This document shows positions 34,481-45,800 of a stretch of 45,800 bases of DNA, in pieces (within the stretch, counting starts at the first letter, position 1; each line of letters opens with the position of its first letter). This DNA comes from Tubiluchus corallicola (taxonomy: Eukaryota; Animalia; Priapulida). Both the position numbers and the translations under genes were made by a program. The notes under the pieces were generated by a model, which did no database searches, was not told where the DNA came from, and was given only the letters and a program-made list of their open reading frames with translations. The DNA lies in the NCBI GenBank assembly GCA_030141605.1, contig JAQGDQ010001346.1, positions 1 through 45,800 on the forward strand, read 5' to 3'.

Positions 34481-35179
34481 TTTTAGCAGACTGTGAGACA
34501 GAAACACTAGTTCCTTCAAAAAGAAAATGAAAATAACGTAAAATTTGTTTAAAGAAAGACAGCCATTGTTCGCAAGTATTTAACACAATATGAATCAGCC
34601 CCTTACGATTTTACAATACGCAAGACATTATTATATATGCTACGGAATATGCTATAAAGACAGTAAAATAAAATTTATTTTAAAAAATTCTAGAAGTGTA
34701 AGACTTTTGTCAAATGCTGTGAAATATGCAACCTTGGAGCTTTTATCGCTCCAAATTTGTAAAGTGTACACTTTAGGTCAGGAAATACTACTATAGTGAC
34801 ATTACAGTGAACTCATGGAATATGCTACAATCGGCAGTAATTTGTATAAACGGTTTAAAAATAGCAGGTTTTAATTTTATAAAAATATAAGAGAAACAAA
34901 AATTTAATGTGCTTGCTTTGCAGGACTTACTGTCCCAGAAAGTGAAGTAGCGCTACTACTGTGAAGTTCTTAAAATTCACAAAATTCCGTAATGCACCAT
35001 CAGACGCATTCTCAGCGTTTTCTTAAAAAATGGTTGATTATTTCAGCAACTGCCTTTCCTGTTCACTGAACACACACACAGAATTGACGTATTTTAGCGT
35101 AGCAACGAAACCATAAAATCGAAAAATAAATAAATGAATCACGATGCTCATAAAAACTTCCTAACATGTTCCTAACCTT

Positions 35180-35205
35180 TTCTAACATGGCGGCGGCGCG
35201 ATTTG
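35180..35205. promoter_or_regulatory. YY1-like core-promoter motif AACATGGCGGCGGC in a CpG patch, probable ZF-gene promoter region
   Basis: Motif seen about 250 bp upstream of the candidate 5'UTR donor; function inferred. Confidence 0.4.
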
Positions 35206-35267
35206 CTGATTTTGGGCTGACACGCCTTGTTGCTACGACCATTTCGTTCAAAACAAATCGAGATAAA

Positions 35268-35413
<146 letters not shown>

Positions 35414-38070
35414 GTAATGGTAATAATTGTTAACTACATTTTAACAATGTTTTATCGGTTACCTTTCATCTCATAGTTACGCTATAATGGAGTCAATAGT
35501 ATAATCTATAATTCATGATACAGCAAGATTTGTCAGATTCATTATTGAGGTCGTGGCAAAAAGTCAACATAAAATCGCATCTGCACCAAGTTAAAAAACA
35601 TTTCTTAAACAAAGAATGTGGAGATTTTTTCTCGCCGAATCAACTGATGAATATTTGGCACTAATTTTAACGTTTTACACATTTTCTTTTTATTTCTAAT
35701 TTTAGTGCTGTGTAAGAAGTTACCAACTTCGAAAGAATTTTTAAGCCCTTCGAATAGGACAGGTATAGTAACATCAAAAGAGATCTGCACACAGCTAGTC
35801 TGTTATAACTGCGATAAGTCGTGGGTAAAATCTAAGATTGTTTTTAAAATCATTTTAATAATATCATATCACATTTTAATTATGTTCGCATACTACTGCA
35901 GTTGGGGCTGTAGTAATAGAGTGTATTTCTACACCATACTTAATAAGTCTTTGACTATATAGAGAAGTCTATAAAAAATTTTGTCCATGGTTTATGGTAC
36001 TTCTGGTGCACACCACCACTAGTTTCTAAGGTGGTCATCCATCTAGTTATTAAGACCATTGAGATAAGTCCATGCTTCTTGCATAATTAACATCTAACGT
36101 TTACTTTATTAGTAAACAATTTCATAACTTTCTTCACACTGTTTTTTACAAAAATATATTCTTCCTTTCCAGATTTAATATGGATCAGGCAATACAGGTA
36201 TTTGCTGGACTTGTCAAAATTGAAAATGATGTACTAGAGTAACTAGATGAATCCGTAGATGTTACCATGCAAACTGACATTGTAACAAAAAAACTGAAAG
36301 TGATGATGAATAAGTTAAAATCAAAAATTACCATTAAAAGCTTTAAAACTGAACTAAGAAATACTCTGTTAAGATACTAAAGAAAGCCAGCAAATAAAGG
36401 GGATAAAATAATAAGCAGAATCAACAATGATTTCATAATGTCATTGTAGTAAACTTATCATGATCATGACGTGGCATATTATTATTATAACAGCATTTTA
36501 ATCAAGGTTGTAATGATGTGTAACGTTTATGTTTATATTGTTTAGTAAATTAGAGCAGTAATGGATTTTATAAATTTGCACTTAATTAGCATTGTGGTTT
36601 CTTTGTGCTAATTTTGATTGTTTCAATTGTTGTGCAGTTCTGAAACTTGTAACTGTTACATTGTTTTTTTATGTGATTTTTTTGTTTTGTGTTGCAATGA
36701 TAGAACTTTGTGATTGTTAAAATTAATGATTGTAGATTTTAATGTAGATTTAGTAGACACTATTGCTTTCATCAGTTTTCCTGCTGTTTGCACACAAAAA
36801 TTTAATGCACATGTATTTTGTACATTACAGTTCATGTACACTAATTGCAATGAAGATTATTATTATTGTGGTATTTAGACGCATTAGTAGTTTGTTGTTT
36901 TATGATTTTTTTTGCTAATGAGTAACGGGTTATGTTTATTTTGACTGTGTCGGGAGACCGCAGCTTGTGTTGTTACACGCGAATATTTAAAAATTATATA
37001 AAAAATGCACTGATTAACACAAAAATAAGTAATCGTTGAGTTTGACCCTCGCCCTAGTAAGATGCCAAGTATCAACTTCTTAGACTACTCGGACTGGGCA
37101 AAGCTGGCGAAAGAAAGATAGATAGATAGACAAAAGTTGTGATACTTAGACAGTTGTCTATTTCATTGGCGCAGTCAGTACGAAATGCGAAAAAGTGCAG
37201 AAAGAGTACCACATGACCTTGACTCTTTGACACGTGCAGTTTTTGAAGCAACAATACCTTCACGCCAGATATATCAAAAGTAGTTGTCAATTATATTTTA
37301 ATCGATTAGTGATCGTGGGTTTATAACTTCTCTGGAGAGTTGCCACATAAATTGTTTCCAAGAAGGCTATTAAGCTTATGAGCCTTTGAACGATTTTCAA
37401 GAGGCTTTGTTAAACTGGAAATATCAACCATAACACCTGCTCTATGCAGAAACGAGGTAACCACCTAAAAGTAAATGTGCAGAACAACATGCACGCTTGT
37501 TCGGCGAAAACTGAGTAAAATGGAGGAGAAATGCTTATAATTAGGTGGAGGTGGAGAGCAAAATAAATGAGCATCACGGCATGTGCTTGATTACCTTAGT
37601 TAAGCAATGATAATGTGGCAGAATGTGGGGGTAACTGGTTTGATATTTGAATCTATTTTACTTTGGAAAACTGGCTAGCCTACGTCTCTCACTGAATGTA
37701 TCACCTAACTTACGTAGCTCGGCAGCAGTGAAACGTACTTTTATCCTAAATTAACATTGTTAATTGTAGATCAGATTTGAGTCTTGCCGGTTTGCATAGC
37801 AGGGCCTGCCGCTGAGTCCTGGTTTCCGGTTTGCAGACTGCTGAATTTCTATAGAAATATTTGCCTGAGCAGAAACACAGTGAGTTCTTATATTCATTGT
37901 TATGAAGCATGTTGTCCTTTAATTACAAGAATTATATTTGTTGTGCGCTGTCATCATGCTGTCTGACTTACTTTGTAATTCCAAGTGAGTTAAAATACCT
38001 AAATATATTTATACAATTGAGTTATATGATTAGATGAATAGATAGAATGTACATGGTTCAAAGCACAATT

Positions 38071-38497
38071 CATTAACTTGTTAATTAATTAGAGCAGTTT
38101 AATTAATTAATTTTAAATTGATTGAGCATTGCAATTGAGCTGAACTTTAGTGTGATGATTAATATGGATGATTTTGGTTTAAAACCAAAAAATTGTAGCC
38201 ATTAGTTAAATAATAAATTGAATAAATGATAAATCAAAATACAGGTCCTGTTCACAGACGAAAAAATATGGTTTAATTTTATTTTGCTGTTTAGTAACAT
38301 CCATTAAGGTGAAGGTAAAAATGCATTATCTCTTGTCCTGCTCTAATTCTGCAGCTAATTTACAATATAGACGCCTACAATCTCATATTATTAAACATAA
38401 TAAAGATTTAGAATTATTTATAGCAATTTATTTTGAGTTCAAACTTTCTAAAATAGTAAGACGTAAGTCATTAAAAAGATATAAGAGCTAAAAGCAC
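38071..38497 (+). repeat. ~430-bp direct repeat, copy 1
   Basis: Aligns end to end with 39502-39937. Confidence 0.9.
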
Positions 38498-38525
38498 TCT
38501 GAAAAGTAATCTTGATAAAGCTTAA

Positions 38526-39408
38526 AGCAGCGCTGAAGGCAGAAGATGATTAGGTGTCAAAATGTAGTATAGAAATTGCTGATAAGAATATAATATTGAA
38601 AAAAAGATGAAAAGTTTTGTTCAAGCAAACATAAGCTGTATTAGTTTTGGCATAACGTCGCTGGTATCTCTAGTACACATAATATGCATGTGGTAAAATA
38701 CAAATAAATTACTATTGTACCTATCAGAATTTACTCGACATTGAAAGTAAAGAAACATTAAGCTACGACTCCATGTGTGCGTAACGCGTAATGCGTGATC
38801 AGTGATCCGTAATGCGTGATGCGTATTGACTATTTGCATGTGTCTGTAAACGCTATGCATATATTAACAAGGTTGTTATACACGAAAATTGCAAACAAAA
38901 ATTTTTGGAAACAATGTCTGTCGAAATTTGACAGTGACAATTACAGCTGCGCCATTACTTTAATATTGTGCCATTAGATGGGAAAATTCAAAAGAAAGGG
39001 CAGGCTACGGGTGCACCACAACCCAATCACAACACAATTTGGACGATAGCTATCACGTTCGAATGAATACGGATCACGCACCACGAATAAAAAGTGTTAA
39101 CCGGAAACGGCAGAGAGGCCACCATGTAGCCGCTGTAACCGTTTACGGATCACGCATTACGTACACATGGAAACACTTCTACATGTATACAATACAAACT
39201 GTTGTATACGCATTACGAATCATACGTTACGCACAGTGAAGATAATGCATAAAAAGTTTATAAGATACCAATGACTCCAAGACAAAACTCCAACACGCTG
39301 TACTTCGTCAATAATATTTTTTTATCTATCGCATATAGAGCATTGAAAGAGATGATTGTAGACAAAGTTATGATTTGAGCTTAACGCTAAAAACCCTTCA
39401 GCGCTGCT
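38526..39408. mobile_element. Kolobok-like non-autonomous DNA transposon
   Basis: Perfect 14-bp TIR AGCAGCGCTGAAGG with TTAA target duplication (38522-25 and 39409-12). AG termini fit Kolobok rather than piggyBac (CCC). Confidence 0.82.
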
Positions 39409-39501
39409 TTAATACCCACATTACATGCCAAATTTATGTGACATAAAACACGTTATAATTTCAGTAGCACGCATCGTAAAAAACAGGCATAATTATACAA
39501 T

Positions 39502-39937
39502 CATTAACTTGTTAATTAATTAGAGGAGATTAATTAATTAATTTTAAATTGATTGAGCATTGCAAATGAGCTGAACTTTAGTGTGATGATTAATCTGGAT
39601 GATTTTGGTTTAAAACAAAAAAATTGTGGCAATTAGTTAATTAATAAACGGAATAAATGATAAATCAAAATACACGTCTTGTTTACAGGCAGGTGAAAAA
39701 ATATTGCCTAATTTTATTTTGCTGTTTAATAACATCCCTTAAGGTGAAGGTAAAAATGCATGATCTCCCGTCTTGCACAAATTCAGTAGCTAATTTACAA
39801 TATAGAGGCCTACAATCTCATATTGTAACACATAATAAAGATTTGGAATTATTTATAAGAATTTATTTTCTTATGAATTGAAACTTTCTAAAATAGTAAA
39901 ACTTAAGTCTTTGAAAAGATATAAGAACAAAAAGCAC
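39502..39937 (+). repeat. ~430-bp direct repeat, copy 2
   Basis: Aligns with 38071-38497; flanked by 68-bp direct repeats. Confidence 0.9.
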
Positions 39938-40063
39938 ATTTTATGTGAAATAAAACACGTTATAATTTCAGTAGAACGCATCGTAAAAAGCAGGCATAAT
40001 TATACAAAGTTCCGACAGAAAAGCGTTCTGCAGCCTTGCTAAACATCTCATTGGAGGCAATGC

Positions 40064-40128
40064 TTAATCTCGATCATTCCCCCAATCAAAAAGCTTCCTG
40101 TTGTTGTAGTTGATTCCATGGTAATCTC
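40064..40128 (-). CDS. Discoidin-like gene, terminal exon
   Basis: Acceptor ttacattttcag, phase 1: GDYHGINYNNRKLFDWGNDRD*. Confidence 0.72.
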
Positions 40129-40215
40129 CTGAAAATGTAAAAACAATAAATGCAAAGAACTATTCGAGATAGTACTATAAGTTGGCTTGAAACATGCAAA
40201 GATTCTTACACGTGA

Positions 40216-40866
40216 ACAAAAATCATAAACGGATTCATGGATGACAAACTCTTATTATTTTTTTGACGAAAAACAAAAAATGCAGATATTTCGCAATCCC
40301 TTACTGGTGTGTTGACGTTGAAGTCCATTTTGACAATGTTTTATCTGAGAATCTTGTAATAGATCAAGGCAAAATCTCTAAAGCTTTTCGTGCAACGAAC
40401 AGCTAAAGTATCATTTGGTCAGTTTTTTTCAAATCGAGTTGTGCCGGTTTGTATCTCAATGCCTGCAAATGTTAATAATGCACCCCTTGTAACTGCACAA
40501 AATATTAAATTATTAAAAAGTCGCATATATGAAGTTGATTTGCATAAATTCCTTGTACACAATAGTATTTGTATTTTACTATTTCCAGTGAAAAAATAAA
40601 TAAATAAAAATAAACAGCTGTAAATGGCAGGTAGAAGCCCTAACAAAAATACAGGAAAAAATGCAGGCCCTCTTCACGACCAGCATCACCAATTAAAAAA
40701 ACTTTATCTGTGTTTTTGTGAGGCTTCCATCTGCCATTTATAAATGTTCCATATTGCCCACACAAAACTGCTCATGCAACCCGTATTTGATTTTTGTATT
40801 TTGTATTTGATTTCCTAACAGAAAGAATAAAACTTTATCGTCCATGAATCCGTCTATGATTTTTGT
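40216..40866. mobile_element. MITE-like element with ~40-bp imperfect TIRs, containing a nested CR1 fragment
   Basis: ACAAAAATCATAAACGGATTCATGGATGAC pairs with ATCGTCCATGAATCCGTCTATGATTTTTGT. Confidence 0.6.
40390..40614 (+). mobile_element. CR1-type LINE 3' fragment
   Basis: FFSNRVV...KLLKSRIYEVDLHKFL ORF2 C-terminal motif, followed by an (AAAT)n tail. Confidence 0.7.
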
Positions 40867-41134
40867 ACTGATATTTTCAATGATGGATATCAAATCGTTA
40901 AAAATCTGTCAGTTGAGTTATCGCAGTCCTTGATTGTCAGCTACATCTAAAAATCTGTTGGCAATATCATACAAACAGTTTTTACATAATATATAATACA
41001 TTTTATTGTGTAATTAACAAAGTGTTCAATTTATAAAAAGCATACATCATTAAAATATTTACAAAATTGATTACTACAGTCAGCATTAATAATATCGAAT
41101 TATTTTACAAATTATGATAATTTTTGTCATATCT

Positions 41135-41375
41135 TCAACTTAAAAGGATTTGCACTAGGGGCCAACACTTGATACTCAAGTAAGCTGCCCAATGACAAAC
41201 AGTTCTATTACTAAAAAGGAACTTTCTTAGATTATAATGTGCCTTATTAGTTTCAAAAGCAACACAGCGTCCTCTCAAACCAGGGTAAGTTCTTAATTTG
41301 AACATTGTTTCATAATTGACATTTTCATAACCTTGAACGTATTTGAAGACTTCAATGAGATCGCTTACAGTTAGG
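41135..41375 (-). mobile_element. CR1-type LINE ORF2 C-terminal fragment
   Basis: DLIEVFKYVQG...LRG...LRKFLFSNRTVCHW. Confidence 0.8.
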
Positions 41376-41519
41376 CTTAAGCTCAACGATGCTCAATGTT
41401 AAGCATGGCAGTTTGCTTAACAAGAAGATCGAAATAAGGAAATGACAGTCCCTAAAATCTATTTCAAATCATGGAGCCGCTATAATGTGCTGATAATATG
41501 ATTATAAGTCGATACTTAC

Positions 41520-41625
41520 CACTCCATGGGGGATGTAGATTGGCTGGAAGAGAATCCCAAGCCGAGTCATCTGGTCCATAAAATGGAACACTTTCTGCCT
41601 CAGTCCAAGCGCCTGGTGTTGAGTC
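41520..41625 (-). CDS. Discoidin-like gene, penultimate exon
   Basis: Acceptor atctcgtttag and donor GTG|gtaagt; phase 0-1; DSTPGAWTEAESVPFYGPDDSAWDSLPANLHPPWS. Confidence 0.8.
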
Positions 41626-41697
41626 CTAAACGAGATCAAAAATACATACAAACGAGTTCGTACCAGAGGATGTTTCATAATACATAGTTATTGCTCA

Positions 41698-42300
41698 CGA
41701 AAACCGGATGATTGTGTAAACATGAGTTCAGACGATAAATATAAGGCGGCACCGTGATAACCATGATCATGAACTGCAGTGTTAATTTCTGACATCATAT
41801 GTAGAAGCCATTTTCGTGTCATCAAACGTTTAAGCAGTAACACTTACGCAAACGTGCTTGACGCGCAAGGGAAGATGTCTGTAATTGCAAGCCTGATATA
41901 CAAAAAGATCGATGCTGCTAGGCATGATTAAAGAAATTTGAGGGAAAAAACTGGTTAATAAACTTCAGACATTACAGATTATCAAATGCGTTACAACCTT
42001 CAGTATAGCAGTACAAATGCTAGCTCCCACCAATGTCCTGATCATGAACTGCTGTGTTTGTTTCATGACGTCATATGAAGTAGACCCCATTTTTCCTGAC
42101 ATGTATTTAAAAAGTCCTGTAACACCTATGCAAATGTGCTTGACATGCAAAGGAAGACGCCTGCCATTGCACAAACTGTTGTTAGTTTCTGACGTAAGCA
42201 AAAGCTGTGTTCGGTTGCCGTCAATTAACTTTCTAAGTTAATTGTACAAATACAAGAAGCAATTGTTAACTTTTATAGGCAAAAAAGTGTATGGTCATCG
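41698..42300 (+). mobile_element. Two truncated copies of the 22220-22764 Kolobok-like family
   Basis: Shared blocks GGATGATT.TGTAAACATGAGTTCAG, ATCATGAACTGC and GCAAACGTGCTTGA...GGAAGA. Confidence 0.7.
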
Positions 42301-42360
42301 CACATGTTTAAATTTTGAAGTTTTTTCAAGTAAATTGTTAAAAAAGATGATTTCACTTAC

Positions 42361-42524
42361 TTCAGAGGCGGCATCGTAGAGCTTCTCCTGACAACCGTAA
42401 AATGTCACATCGTCGTCACTGCACAGAAGAACCTCCCCACCACGAGACGTTCCAAATACACGTCTCTTTCCGGTTTTAGGATTGTTGTAAATACCGATAA
42501 TGTTTTCCACATTTTGTAACAGAA
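42361..42524 (-). CDS. Discoidin-like gene, internal exon
   Basis: Acceptor cctaattgcag and donor GAA|gtaagt; phase 1-0; LLQNVENIIGIYNNPKTGKRRVFGTSRGGEVLLCSDDDVTFYGCQEKLYDAASE. Confidence 0.82.
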
Positions 42525-43271
42525 CTGCAATTAGGATACCGAAAATTAGCATTTTTTGCAATTGAAATTCATAAATTTAAGCTAGTATGAATAGAAATTG
42601 AACAGTTGGGATCTTGAAGCTTTATTTCATCTTAATCCACTAGTACATATATCATTATCATGTCATTTGATCGTCGTAATTTCTTGCATATCAACCTACC
42701 AGAAGTTTCACCTACATGTAAATGTGGACCCATTAAACCATTGGTCATTCTCTAATTAGCTGCCTTTATGTCACCTGGCTCGAGAAATCTTACTGAACAA
42801 ACTCTGTATATCCTTATAATATTAGAATTCATAATCTCGTTTATTTGCTTCTTCATGATAATAAAGAAGCAAATAAACGAAGATGTATGAAGAATTGCAT
42901 GAATGAGTATGTATGAATGTATGAAGATATCACCATGATAATGACGATATCTTCATACATCTGTTAATATACAGTATTTAAGTTTGTACAGAAATTCATA
43001 TTTCCTCCTTATCGCAACGAAGCGTTTTATTAGTATACATTATTTGAATAATAAAATTAATGTTATTTTGAAAATTAGGTATAATATAATGCAGTAGATG
43101 GCAGCATCAGTACTGTAAACAGTGCTGGTAACGATATCATAACACATAACGTGGTGACATCTATTGGCAATAAAGTTATAACCATATAAACTGACGCTTC
43201 TTGAAACAAAAGTTACTGTACACAAGGTTGTGTACCTGACATTTTAGTATATTTTTAGATAAGATACTTAC

Positions 43272-43318
43272 CAGTCCACTTGTTGTGTTTGGTTCCTTTG
43301 TAGCTTTGAATGTAAGAG
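43272..43318 (-). CDS. Discoidin-like gene, 47-bp internal exon
   Basis: Acceptor tgtgatttcag and donor CTG|gtaagt; phase 2-1; SYIQSYKGTKHNKWT. Confidence 0.72.
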
Positions 43319-43515
43319 CTGAAATCACAAGAGATGTGTCGGATAATAGAAACTCGCTTACTAATTCGGTTTACTGGCTAGCTTGTTATTGGCATTCACA
43401 TGTATTTTCTGTCATAATTAGATATTTGACAGGATTCTACAATTTCTGTACTTGATTGTATGATTGATTTGTGTTTGATTTATTAAAAGAGAATTTACAA
43501 TATTATTTAGGTATG

Positions 43516-44079
43516 TAAATTTTGAGTCTTACTTAAGTTCTTTTAAGGGTTACCCTAATGCAGATACCCTAATGCAGATAACCTAACGCAGATATCCTAA
43601 TGCAGATACCCTAATGCAGATACCCTAATGCAGATACCCTAATGCAGATAACCTAATGCAGATATCCTAATGCAGATACCCTAATGCAGATACCCTAATG
43701 CAGATACCCTAATGCAGATACCTAATGTTGATACCTAATGCAGATACCCTAATGCAGATACCCTAATGCAGATACCCTAATGCAAATACCCTAATGCAGA
43801 TGCCCTAATGCAGATACCCTAATGCAGATACCCTAATGCAGATGCCCTAATGCAGATACAATAATGCAGATGCCCTAATGCACATACCCTAATGCAGACA
43901 CCCAAATGCAGATACCCTAATGCAGATACCCTAATGCAGATACCCTAATGCAGATACTCTAATGCAGATACCTAATGCAGATGCCCTAATGCACATACCC
44001 TAATGCAGATACCCTAATGCAGATGCCCTAATGCACATACCCTAATGCAGATACCTAATGCAGATACCCTAATGCAAAT
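43516..44079. repeat. Left arm of a long inverted repeat: ~35 bp unique sequence plus 14-bp array (TACCCTAATGCAGA)n
   Basis: About 38 units; the outer ~143 bp is the exact reverse complement of 45658-45800. Confidence 0.95.
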
Positions 44080-44174
44080 ATCCGTTAAAAGTGAATTCTA
44101 ACAAAGACATTATTTTCATAGGGATCTGCAAGTATAAGAAATACTGTTGACAATAAAATACTTATCCCACTAAC

Positions 44175-44244
44175 TTGTCTGGTTTCATAATTGATATGAA
44201 GACGATGTCTCCTCCAGGGTCTGTCAATACCAGCCGATCCATAA
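44175..44244 (-). CDS. Discoidin-like gene, 70-bp internal exon
   Basis: Acceptor tttctatttcag and donor CAA|gttagt; phase 1-2, which is needed to keep the chain in frame; VMDRLVLTDPGGDIVFISIMKPD. Confidence 0.68.
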
Positions 44245-44693
44245 CTGAAATAGAAATTCATTATAAAGGGGTGAGAAAACACTTGGAAGAGGGGAATATG
44301 GTCACAAAAGGGAGGGATAGTTCTTTTACTTGTACGCAAAATTTTCTCGTGTTTGTCTTTCTTTTCTTTACCTCTTTTTTAATTAACATACATTTTGTAC
44401 GTATTATTACATCGCTATCGCATGATCATTGTAGTGGTCGTTGTCGTCATCACCATTTTCATCGTCATCATTACCTTCATCATTGTTGTTATAATTTTTG
44501 CGACAGCTAAAGCTGCTGTTGTTTTTATCAAATAATTTTAGTCTTAAAAGTGAAATAAGAGTAAATGCAAAAAGGAATTGTACTAAATTGTGGTCGTTGT
44601 CGTCATCACCATTTTCATCGTCATCTCATCACCATTTTTGGCATAATTTTCGCGACAGCTAAAGCAAAAGTAAAATTAAATTAAAAAACTTAC

Positions 44694-44907
44694 CCTTGTG
44701 TTTTGGTGACGTTTTTGTTTCACACCCGTCATTTGCAAATTCACCTCCTAAATCTGCACCTATTAAGTCAAATTTCAGTCCTTCCGGTGGGTTGTGTTTT
44801 CCGGTGATTTCTGTTGAAAAAACAATCCGGAAACGTCGGCCAATGATTTCTGCTGGTAAAGTTACGTATGCAGTGCTGGAGGCATCCCAAACGACGGGAA
44901 GCGGTTT
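44694..44907 (-). CDS. Exon encoding the C-terminal part of an F5/8 type C (discoidin)-like domain
   Basis: Acceptor cacttctttcag and donor AAGG|gtaagt; phase 0-1. LPAEIIGRRFRIVF...LKFDLIG resembles the ARYIRI...LRxELxG end of discoidin domains. Upstream exons lie outside the window. Confidence 0.78.
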
Positions 44908-44978
44908 CTGAAAGAAGTGACAAAGTGAGGAGAAGGTTTGGAATTTTTCACACACAAGAAATTAGTTCGTAAAGCGGT

Positions 44979-45584
44979 TTAGGGTTAGAGTAGTGGTTAG
45001 GGTTAGGATTACTGTTAGGGTTAGTGTTATGGTTAGGGTTAGGATTATGGTTAGAGTACTGGTTAGGGTTAGGATTACTGTTAGGGTTACTGTTAGGGTT
45101 ACTGTTAGGGTTACTGTTAGGGTTACTGTTAGGGTTACTGTTAGGGTTAGGATTATGGTTAGGGTTAGAGTAGTGGTTAGAGCTAGGATTACTGTTAGGG
45201 TTAGGATTATGGTTAGGGTTAGAGTAGTGGTTAGAGCTAGGATTACTGTTAGGGTTAGGATTATGGTTAGGGTTAGAGTAGTGGTTAGAGTTAGGATTAC
45301 TGTTAGAGTTAGGATTACTGTTAGGGTTAGGGTAGTGATTAGAGTTAGGACTACTGTTAGGGTTAGGGTAGTGGTTAGAGCTAGGATTACTGTTAGGGTT
45401 AGGATTATGGTTAGGATTAGGATTAGGGTTAGAGTAGTGGTTAGAGTTAGGATTACTGTTAGGGTTAGGGTAGTGATTAGAGCTAGGATTACTGTTAGGG
45501 TTAGAATTACTGTTAGGGTTAGGGTAGTGGTTAGAGCTAGGATTACTGTTAGGGTTAGGATTATGGTTAGGATTAGGATTAGGG
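44979..45584. repeat. Degenerate hexamer-phased TTAGGG-like array
   Basis: Mix of TTAGGG, TTAGGA, TTACTG, TTATGG, TTAGAG and TAGTGG; accounts for ORFs 44962-45606 and 44993-45622. Confidence 0.93.
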
Positions 45585-45800
45585 TATCTGCATTAGGTAT
45601 CTGCATTAGGTATTTGCATTAGGGTATCTGCATTAGGGTATCTGCATTAGGTATCAACATTAGGTTATCTGCATTAGGGTATCTGCATTAGGGTATCTGC
45701 ATTAGGGTATCTGCATTAGGATATCTGCGTTAGGTTATCTGCATTAGGGTATCTGCATTAGGGTAACCCTTAAAAGAACTTAAGTAAGACTCAAAATTTA
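45580..45800. repeat. Right arm of the long inverted repeat: (TCTGCATTAGGGTA)n plus unique end
   Basis: Reverse complement of 43516 onward; runs off the window end. Confidence 0.95.

Noticed and set aside
36011-36058. Weak similarity to the reverse complement of the 5S rRNA internal region
   Set aside because: About 19/25 matches against a remembered consensus; at most a decayed SINE3-like fragment, not an rRNA gene.
44962-45622. 214-aa and 209-aa Thr/Leu and Val/Arg ORFs; true telomere
   Set aside because: Products of hexamer phasing. The array is degenerate, intronic and followed by other sequence, so it is not a chromosome end.

Overview
AT-rich, intron- and repeat-rich animal genomic DNA. 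It is most likely from a protostome invertebrate, plausibly an arthropod; this is inferred from the protein families and not established. There are no prokaryotic features such as operons, CRISPR arrays or rRNA. Genes rebuilt by hand from splice sites and reading-frame phase: (1) a minus-strand signal peptide + LRR + RRRRR + Ig-like gene (exons 6722-6077, 3144-3097, 2010-1633; 3' end unresolved); (2,3) two tandem 3-exon secreted C-type lectin paralogues (15872-19347 and 23370-26547, 173 aa each), with EPS versus QPS sugar-binding motifs and a probable GC-AG intron; (4) a small Thr/Pro/Cys-rich membrane-anchored ORF or terminal exon (30245-30456); (5) a 500-aa C2H2 zinc-finger gene with 11 fingers (34480-32978) and a frameshifted partial copy downstream; (6) the last six exons of a minus-strand discoidin (F5/8 type C)-like gene (44907-40064). 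The rest holds a deleted Gypsy element with very short LTRs, CR1/L2 LINE fragments, hAT remnants, Kolobok-, pogo/Tc2- and Harbinger-like MITEs, and many micro- and minisatellites. The most striking structural signals are two pairs of inverted intronic repeats that share diagnostic variants and bracket coding exons, and tandem arrays that multiply splice sites. All calls come from reading the sequence; no database searches were run.
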